Shown here: in pieces, positions 53,595 to 64,000 of the stretch
Layout of the letters: every line of letters begins with the position of its first letter
How positions within the stretch are numbered: position 1 is the stretch's first letter
Assembly (NCBI GenBank): GCA_963848295.1
Contig: CAWKDB010000011.1
Coordinates: 64,001 to 128,000 of the forward strand
DNA from: an uncultured delta proteobacterium
Lineage (GTDB): Bacteria; Myxococcota_A; Polyangia; Haliangiales; Haliangiaceae
Reading direction: 5' to 3'
DNA: 64,000 nt
Translations under genes and position numbers: made by a program
The notes under the pieces: model-generated
Told to the model about the DNA's origin: nothing
What the model saw: only the letters and a program-made list of their open reading frames with translations
Databases searched by the model: none

Positions 53595-55097
53595 TCAAGC
53601 CGGACGCGGGATCTCGCGCAGCACGGCCGCGAGCTCGAGTGGGAGATCGGCCGACATCACGCCGCGCGTGCCCGATCGTTCCGCGGCGCGCGCGCCGGCC
53701 GCGCCGTGGACGTAGACCGCGACGCGCGCTGCGTCTCCCGGCGACAAGCCCTGCGCGAGCAACGCCGCGATCGCGCCGGTCAGCACGTCGCCGCTGCCGC
53801 CGGTCGCGAGCTCCGGCCCGCCGGTCGGATTGATCGTGCAATAGCCGTCGTCGAGGGCACCGTCGCACACCACGGTGCGCGCGCCCTTGAGCACGATCAC
53901 CGCGCGGGTCTGGCTCGCGAGCGCGCGCGCCGCCGCGAGCCGATCGGCTTCGATCGCCGCGACCGTCGTGCCGAGGAGGCGCGCGGCCTCGCCGGGATGC
54001 GGCGTGAGGATCAGCGGGCCGCTCGCCTGGCGCAGCGCCTCGGCGATGCCGGCGCACAGGTTGAGCGCGTCGGCATCGAGCACGGCCGGAAGCCCCGACG
54101 CGAGCACCTCGCCGAGCCACGCCGCCGCGATGTCGCTTTGCCCGAGCCCGGGGCCGATCGCGATCGCGGCCTTGCCGGCGAGCAGCTCGCCGAGCGCGCC
54201 GTCCACGCTGCGAGTCATGATCGAGTCGGACGCGCTGACGTCACCGGATGCGGCGAGCGTGACCAGCCCCGCGCCCGCGCGCGCCGCGGCTTCGGCGCAC
54301 AGTCGACCGGCGCCGCGAAAGCCCGGCATACCGGCGACGATCAGCACGTGACCGCGCGTGCCCTTGTGATCGAGCGCGCTCGGTCTCGGCAGCGCGCGCG
54401 CGATATCGCCGAGCTCGACGAAGCCGGCACCGACCGCCGACGTCGCGATCAGACCGCGCGGGATCCCGATCTCCGCGACCTCGACGTCACCGCAGTGCGC
54501 GAAGCCGGGCGCGCCGACCAGCGCCACCTTCAGCGCGCCCATCGCGACCGTCCGCTCGGCGTGGACCGCGCGTCCGAGGATCTTGCCGGTGTCGGCGTCG
54601 AGCCCGGACGGGATGTCGACCGCGAGCACGCGCGTGGCCTTGCCGATCGCCGCGACGACGTCGCCGAGGTGACCTTCGATCGCGCGCGTCATGCCGATCC
54701 CGAACAGCGCGTCGACCACGAGCGCCGCACCGGCGATCGCGCCGGCGAGCTCGGCGAGCTCGGCCGGCGTGTCGATCATCCGCACGACCCCGCCGCCGCG
54801 CTCGAGGATGTCAAGGTGCGCCTTGGCATCGCCCGCGGTCTTGGTGCGAGCGACCGCGAGGTACGCGACCGCGTCGAGCCCGCGTTCGCGCAGCACGCGC
54901 GCGCAGACGAAGCCGTCGCCGCCGTTGTTGCCCGGGCCACACACGACCGCGACGTGACCGCCCGGCACCATGCGACGGGCCGCGTCGGCGACCGCGCGGC
55001 CCGCGGTCTCCATCAGCGCGAGCGCCGGAATCCCGACGTCATCGATCGTCGCGTGATCGAGGGCGCGCATCTCGGCGGCGGTCACGACGGGGCGCAT
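53595..55097 (-). CDS. nnr: Bifunctional NAD(P)H-hydrate epimerase/dehydratase
   Basis: LMETAG, GPGNNGGDG, VDALFGIG, DIPSG, HKGTRG, GPGLG, LDADAL, TPHPGEA, GGSGDVLTG. Confidence 0.94.
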   Translation of the reverse strand: MRPVVTAAEMRALDHATIDDVGIPALALMETAGRAVADAARRMVPGGHVAVVCGPGNNGGDGFVCARVLRERGLDAVAYLAVARTKTAGDAKAHLDILERGGGVVRMIDTPAELAELAGAIAGAALVVDALFGIGMTRAIEGHLGDVVAAIGKATRVLAVDIPSGLDADTGKILGRAVHAERTVAMGALKVALVGAPGFAHCGDVEVAEIGIPRGLIATSAVGAGFVELGDIARALPRPSALDHKGTRGHVLIVAGMPGFRGAGRLCAEAAARAGAGLVTLAASGDVSASDSIMTRSVDGALGELLAGKAAIAIGPGLGQSDIAAAWLGEVLASGLPAVLDADALNLCAGIAEALRQASGPLILTPHPGEAARLLGTTVAAIEADRLAAARALASQTRAVIVLKGARTVVCDGALDDGYCTINPTGGPELATGGSGDVLTGAIAALLAQGLSPGDAARVAVYVHGAAGARAAERSGTRGVMSADLPLELAAVLREIPRPA

Positions 55098-55150
55098 AGT
55101 GCGGAGCCTACCGCATGCGACTGCTGGCGCGTCACCCCGTCCGGATCGGT

Positions 55151-55786
55151 ATGCGCGCCCTCGTTTGCCTTGCGCTCGTCGCGTGCTCCGGCGACCCGCC
55201 CCCACCGCCACCGGCGCCACCGCTGTGCCCGACGCCGGCGCTGCCGCAGGCCGCTTCCAAGGGCGAGCTCGATCTGTTCGTGTGGCGACACACGAGCCCG
55301 ACGCTCGACGCCAACGAACGACAGTGGGAGATCGAGCGCCAGGAGGCCGACGACGTCGCCGCTGCAGCGCGCCGCGCCCGGCAGGCGCGGACCGGCCTCG
55401 GCCGCGAGACGACGCACCTCACGGTCACCGTCCTCGACGACTACCTGGTGCTCCCGGCTCCCGGGAGTACGCAGCTGGGGCGGTGCGCGCCCGGCGCACG
55501 CCACCGGCTCGACATCGTGCTCGACGGCGTTCCGGTCGGCGCGATCGACGTGCCGTGCACCGAGTCGATGCAGGCGCCGCCGCGCGCGTTCGAACCGCCA
55601 GCGTTCGACGTCCCGCCCGGCGTGCATCGCATCCGGATCCGCGAGGCCGAAACCGGGGTCTCGGCGGTGCGCGACTACGTGTTCCCGGAGATCGGCGACG
55701 ACTTCATGCTCGACCACATCCAGATCTGGGCCGACGAGCACAGCTTTCGCATGGACGACCTCGCGCGGCCCGGCATGATGCTCTAG
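55151..55786 (+). CDS. Hypothetical lipoprotein
   Basis: MRALVCLALVACSG lipobox; GC3-consistent ORF. Confidence 0.65.
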   Translation: MRALVCLALVACSGDPPPPPPAPPLCPTPALPQAASKGELDLFVWRHTSPTLDANERQWEIERQEADDVAAAARRARQARTGLGRETTHLTVTVLDDYLVLPAPGSTQLGRCAPGARHRLDIVLDGVPVGAIDVPCTESMQAPPRAFEPPAFDVPPGVHRIRIREAETGVSAVRDYVFPEIGDDFMLDHIQIWADEHSFRMDDLARPGMML

Positions 55787-55790
55787 GAGG

Positions 55791-57149
<1,359 letters not shown>

Positions 57150-57168
57150 CTGTCGACCGATGATACCG

Positions 57169-58260
57169 CTACTTGACCGGCGTGACCCTGACGTGCTCGG
57201 GCGAAAGCTGGACGCCGATGCCGGGCCCGACGCCCTCGATCGCGATCGGCGCGTCGTGAGCCTTGCCATCACCCGCGGTCAGGTTGACGACGAGCGTGAT
57301 GACCTTCGTACGCTCGATCGCTCGCAGGGCGCCGGTGAGGGTGACGTCGACCTTGCCGGGCTCGACCGTCCACTTCGCCGGGTCGACGTCGGTGCACGGA
57401 GGCGCGCCGGCTCCGCCGTGGCAATGGGTCACGCGAATCGTGATCGGCATGCCCGGCAGCTTGCGGGTCACGAGCTCCTCGCTGATCGTGACGTGGACCT
57501 CGACCAGCGGTGAGCCTTCGACCGTCACGGTGTTCGGCGCCACGACCTGAGTTTGCAGCACGACGTCGTCGGTCGCGTTGTCGACCGGGACCTCCCGCGT
57601 GCGCAACGTCGTGAGCGCCGCGACCAGGCCCTCGCCACCGCGAACCTTGACGGTGGGCGGCACGGAGTTGACGCCGGTCACGACGTAGCCGTGCTTCGGA
57701 TAGCCGGTGATGAGCGGCGTGATCTCGACGAGCTTCTCTTTGCTGCGCTCGAACGCGACTCGCACCGTGCGCGGGCTGATCGAGGCGACCGACAGCCCGA
57801 CGGGCAGCTTGCCCGATGCGGTCCGGATCATGTCCGGTGTGATCTCGATATCGCCGGTCGGCGCGCGCGACAGATCGATCGCGATCGGTTCGATCTTGTG
57901 CTCGTCGAACGCGCGCACCCGCCGCCACGAGCCGCGGATCGTGACCTCGACGTCTTCCAGCCGGTCGGACACCAACACCTTGTCGGCCGGCAAGCTCTGA
58001 TACGCGAGCGCGACCTTCGTCGAGATCTCGCTGTCGCGATCGGTGTTGACGAGCAGGAACACGGTCACGGCGAGCACGAGCGACAGGAACTTGAGTGCGA
58101 CGTTTTCGAACAGCGCGGCGTGCAACCAGCGCGCGACCGTGCCGCGCTCGGGCGGGACCTCAGGATCGGGCGACGGCAACGGCGGCGTGATCGACGCCTT
58201 GCTCTGGCGCGCCGGACTGCGACCGAGCGTACCGATCGTCTCGTTGCGCGCGCGGGTCAC
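57169..58260 (-). CDS. cdaR: CdaR/YbbR-like regulator
   Basis: N..LK.LSL.LAV TM followed by YbbR-like repeats (V.VTIRG, P.TV.V.G); lies between cdaA and glmM with GTGA overlap. Confidence 0.82.
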   Translation of the reverse strand: MTRARNETIGTLGRSPARQSKASITPPLPSPDPEVPPERGTVARWLHAALFENVALKFLSLVLAVTVFLLVNTDRDSEISTKVALAYQSLPADKVLVSDRLEDVEVTIRGSWRRVRAFDEHKIEPIAIDLSRAPTGDIEITPDMIRTASGKLPVGLSVASISPRTVRVAFERSKEKLVEITPLITGYPKHGYVVTGVNSVPPTVKVRGGEGLVAALTTLRTREVPVDNATDDVVLQTQVVAPNTVTVEGSPLVEVHVTISEELVTRKLPGMPITIRVTHCHGGAGAPPCTDVDPAKWTVEPGKVDVTLTGALRAIERTKVITLVVNLTAGDGKAHDAPIAIEGVGPGIGVQLSPEHVRVTPVK

Positions 58261-59153
58261 GCCGCGCCACCGGTGTCGGCCACGGTGCCTTCTTGCGGTT
58301 CGCCCAGGCTCGCGATCGCCTTGCCGACCTCGGCTGCGGCGGTCGCTTCTTCGGCGACATCGTCGGCGCGACCGGCGGCGAACAAGCCGATCAGGGCGCG
58401 CCGCAGCATCAGCGGCTCGAGATCGCGCGCGATCGAGCCCTTGAAGCACAACGAGATCTCGCCGCGTTCTTCGGACACGACGACCGCGACCGCGTCGGTG
58501 TCCTCGGTGATGCCGAGCGCGGCGCGATGGCGCGTGCCGAACTCCGGGCCGAGGTCATCGGCGCGCGACAGCGGCAGCAACGCACGGGCGAGATCGATGC
58601 GGTGATTCTTGCCGATCACGACCGCGCCGTCGTGCAGCTCGTTGTCCTTCGCCGGCACGAATAACGTGACGAGCAGCTGGCGACTCAGCGCGGCATCGAG
58701 CCGCGTCGCATCGTCGACGAACTCCTCGAGCGCCGCATCGCGCTCGAACACGACGATCGCGCCGAGCTTGGCGCGGGCGAGCTGCGCACAGGCCGACACG
58801 ACCTCATCGACCGCGTGGGTCGCCTCTTGCCGGCGACCGAACGGCAGCACGTTCTGGCCGAGCCGACCGAGCGCGCGGCGAATGTCCTGCTGGAACACGA
58901 CGATGATGAGGATGACGAAGTAGCCGATGAAGTTGTCGAGCAGCCACGACACCGTCGTCAGCTCGAGCCGCTCGGCGACGAAGAACGCCGCGCCGATCAG
59001 CACGATGCCGACGACCATCTGCGCCGCACGGGTGCCGCGGATGGTCAGCAGCAGGCGATAGATCAGGTAGTAGACGAGCGCGATGTCGACGATCGTCGTC
59101 ACCACCGTGGCGACGGTCAGACTATCGAAAAAGCGCTGGATCGACTCGGTCAT
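58257..59153 (-). CDS. cdaA: Diadenylate cyclase
   Basis: Three N-terminal TMs; FQQDIRRAL, LHDGAVVI, GTRHRAALG, VVSEERG. Confidence 0.94.
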   Translation of the reverse strand: MTESIQRFFDSLTVATVVTTIVDIALVYYLIYRLLLTIRGTRAAQMVVGIVLIGAAFFVAERLELTTVSWLLDNFIGYFVILIIVVFQQDIRRALGRLGQNVLPFGRRQEATHAVDEVVSACAQLARAKLGAIVVFERDAALEEFVDDATRLDAALSRQLLVTLFVPAKDNELHDGAVVIGKNHRIDLARALLPLSRADDLGPEFGTRHRAALGITEDTDAVAVVVSEERGEISLCFKGSIARDLEPLMLRRALIGLFAAGRADDVAEEATAAAEVGKAIASLGEPQEGTVADTGGAA

Positions 59154-59196
59154 CGTCGATAGTGGCGGCGCTCCGTGCGAGAAGAGCGGCTCGCCT

Positions 59197-59988
59197 CTAC
59201 AACTTGTTGTACGCGGTCAATGCGGTCATGAGCAAGGCAACGTTGTGCGTGCGGACCATGTTTACGCCGGCTCGGACCGCGACCATCGCGGCCTCGGTGC
59301 TCGCTCGATCGACCTCGGTGAGCGTCGCCGCCTCACCGAGCGGGAGCCGGACGAACCGCTTCCGGCTGGGTCCAACCATGATCGGCCGGCCGACCCGGCG
59401 CGCGATGTCACCGGCGTGGCGCAAGAGTAGCGAATTGCCGACACCATCGGCACCCTTGCCGAACCCGATGCCCGGATCGCCCCAGGCCCGCGCGCGCGCC
59501 GCAGGCGACAACGCGTCGAGCCGGGCGGCGAGCTCGTCCGCGACTTCTTGCCACGAGACCGAGCGCTCGGCGGCGAACACCTCGGCGAGCGAACGCCCGC
59601 GCAGGTGCCCCGCGATGTAGGTGACCCCGAGCTCGCTCGCGGTGGCAGCCATCGCCGGGTCGAACAGGCCGCCCGAGACGTCGTTGATGTACCGCGCCCC
59701 GGCCGCGACCGCGGCGCGAGCGACGGTGGCCTTCGTCGTATCGATCGACACGGTCGCCCCCGCCGCGGCCAGCCGCTCGACCACGGGGATGACCCGGCGC
59801 AGCTCGTCCTCGGCGCTCACCGGCTGCGCCCGTGGGCTGGTCGCTTCTCCGCCGATGTCGAGCACGTCGGCGCCGTCGCGCAGCAGCGCCAGGCCGTGAG
59901 CGACCGCCGCGTCGGGGTCGAGGAACTGCCCTCCGTCGGAGAACGAATCTGGCGTCACGTTGATGACGCCCATGACGAGCACGCTCAC
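59197..59988 (-). CDS. folP: Dihydropteroate synthase
   Basis: MGVINVTPDSFSDGG, DIGGE, SIDT, INDVSG, DPGIGFGK, SRKRF, VRTHNV. Confidence 0.95.
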   Translation of the reverse strand: MSVLVMGVINVTPDSFSDGGQFLDPDAAVAHGLALLRDGADVLDIGGEATSPRAQPVSAEDELRRVIPVVERLAAAGATVSIDTTKATVARAAVAAGARYINDVSGGLFDPAMAATASELGVTYIAGHLRGRSLAEVFAAERSVSWQEVADELAARLDALSPAARARAWGDPGIGFGKGADGVGNSLLLRHAGDIARRVGRPIMVGPSRKRFVRLPLGEAATLTEVDRASTEAAMVAVRAGVNMVRTHNVALLMTALTAYNKL

Positions 59989-60036
59989 GCAGCAAGCGTA
60001 GGCCTTAGCGTGAGCCCAAGCGACTGCTCGGGGCGC

Positions 60037-61996
<1,960 letters not shown>

Positions 61997-62088
61997 CGGA
62001 CGTTCCGGTCGAGCTCTCGACGCAGTCACAAGCATGCGGCCTTTCATCGCAGTTGCAAAGCCCAATTCGCCAAAACCTCCCAAGTAGA

Positions 62089-63309
62089 TCAGGTAGGTAG
62101 AAGCGAAAATGGATCGTCTTCGCCGAACGCGATTCCGAGGTGCTCGGCCCAGACGATCACGCCATCCGATGTGCGCACCAAGACGTGCGCCGAGGCTCGC
62201 AAGGCGCGGGGGATCTTCGCGTCGATGTAGAGGTCGGACAGCTTGCGCGACCGGCCCTTCAAGCGCGACGGTCGGAAGCGATCGCCGGGCTGCGACAACG
62301 CGAAGCTCGTGGCCCGGGGACGGAGGAGCTTCGGTCAACGTTGTCGCCGCGAGAGCGTTGACGAAGGTTGCTGCGTCCCCGGCTAAGATCGCGAGTTGAT
62401 TGTACGATGCGGATCGCGCGACCACCGCGGATATCGAGCGACCGCTCGCCCGCGCTCGGCGCCCGGATGACCTCGTCGAGGTCGTCGAGGTGAGACGCGT
62501 CGTAGCCCAAGCCCATCGCCCTCGAGCGCGAGCGCGAGCGCGCGCTTGCGGATCGCGGCGGGCTCGCGTGCGAGCGCCGGGCGCAATCGATCGGGAGCCG
62601 AGATAACGGGGCCGCGCGCTCGTCGATCGACCTCGAGCCACTCGCGCGGCGGACGCGGCGAGCCGAACGAGCGCTTGCATCGAGCGCGGGATTCTCGCGC
62701 CGGAGCGCGGGCAGGTAGTGCTGCGCTCATCCGCACGCGCGCGAATCCGATCGTCCTGGTTCATCGGGTCATCCCAGACGGGGAGCCCGCGCGCTGCGAC
62801 ATAGTCGGCGAGCGTCGCTGCGATCGAGCGCGAGCAGCGGCCGAATGTAGCGCGCCGCGCCGCGCCGGGATGCCGGCGAGCCCCGCCGGTCCGGTTCCGC
62901 GGATGATCCGCATCATGACGGTCTCCGCCTGATCGCGCGCGGTGTGGCCGAGCAGCGATCGCGCCAGGCCGACGTCGTCGAATGACCGCGTCGAACGCGG
63001 CGTAGCGAGCGATCCGCGCGGCGACCTCGATCGATTCGCCGGCGGCGACGTCGACCCGCGCGGATCTCGGCGGTCGCGCCCTGCGCGCGCGCCCATGCCG
63101 CGACCGCGGCCGCGACCTCCGCGCTGCCGGCGGCCAAGCCCGTGATCGACGGTCACGACCACGACGCGAGCGGCGCCGGCCACCGCGATCGCGGCGTCGG
63201 CGAGCGCGATCGAGTCGGTGCCGCCCGAGCACGCCACGCCGAATCGCCCGGGCCCGAGCCGGTCGAGCCAGCCGCGGACGGCGCCGCGAACCGAGGCGAT
63301 CGCGAACAC
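62089..63309 (-). CDS. tilS: tRNA(Ile)-lysidine synthetase (multiple indels)
   Basis: [57 protein letters not shown] across several frames; upstream of ftsH. Confidence 0.88.
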
Positions 63310-63368
63310 GCGGCTAGCCTATCAGGCGATGGCGCGACTCGACGATCGGAGCTACGGTGCGCGACCGC

Positions 63369-64000
63369 ATGAGCGAACGCGAGCTCCCTCCGTCCGGTCC
63401 GCTCGGCCGGCTCCGCGCCCAGCTCGCGGGGCCGCGCGGCTATCGCCGGATCGACGCGCTGCTGTCGTCGGACGATGCCGCGGGGGCGGTCGCCGCGCTG
63501 TCGCCCAACGAGGTGTTCGAGCTCGTCCACGAGGTCGGCTTCAGGACGGCCAGCCGATCTGATCGAGCTCGCGACCGTCGAGCAGCTCCAGCGGCTGCTT
63601 CGATCTCGACGGCTGGAACAAGGATCAGCTCGAGGTCGCGTCGCTGATGCCGTGGCTGAACGCGCTCGCCGAGACCGGGTTCGAGAAGATCGGCGAGGTC
63701 TGGGCCGGGCTCGATACCGAGCTGCGCGCGCTGATCCTCCAGCGCAGCGTCAAGATCTACGACACGACCCTCGGAGAAGGCCCGAGCGACGACAACGACG
63801 AGCCGATGTACGACGACGCCCGATCGCTTCTTCATCCTCGAGCTGCAAGGCGACGATGAACACGCAGCGCGCGATCATGCGGTTCGTCGAGGACCTCTAC
63901 CGCGCCGATCCGGATCTCGCGCGCCACACGATCATGGCGGCGCGCAGCGAGCCGCCCGCCGAGCTCGAGGAGATGAGCTATCGCTGGCGCGCCGGTCGGC
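63369..64000 (+). CDS. DUF6178-like myxobacterial protein (partial, frameshifted)
   Basis: ...ELVHEVG...ELAT.EQ....DLD.W..D...PWL.AL...LD.EL..L.L pieced together across frames. Confidence 0.6.

Overview
Very GC-rich bacterial core-chromosome window, most likely Myxococcota (inferred from Ser/Thr kinases, an FHA-GAF sigma54 activator, a DUF6178-like gene, and a MopE-like motif). Left: a remodelled translation locus (tRNA-Val, infC, a GH26 glycosidase inserted before rpmI-rplT, pheS-pheT-ihfA, tRNA-Pro; thrS absent). Middle: a kinase/TPR/sigma54-activator operon, a DEAD-box helicase, uvrA, efp-epmA, an FHA / Cys-repeat / two ThiF-like / JAB-LarE / YcbK operon, orn, glgC and glgA. A 425-bp gap between convergent genes at 34.7-35.1 kb holds a helically phased palindrome array, DnaA boxes and an IHF site. 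Right: envelope genes, an orphan baseplate-spike gene, a kinase / pseudokinase / 7TM-HD operon, an ECF sigma factor, nnr, and tilS-ftsH-folP-cdaA-cdaR-glmM. Many single-base indels, including in essential genes, point to long-read assembly errors rather than pseudogenes. Strongest leads: (1) an apparently heterodimeric bacterial E1 with JAB and LarE but no ubiquitin-like gene; (2) the phased GTCCG-N5-CGGAC array beside an oriC-like element; (3) an orphan contractile-injection spike; (4) widespread leaderless-type promoters. All family assignments come from motif recognition by eye; no database searches were run.
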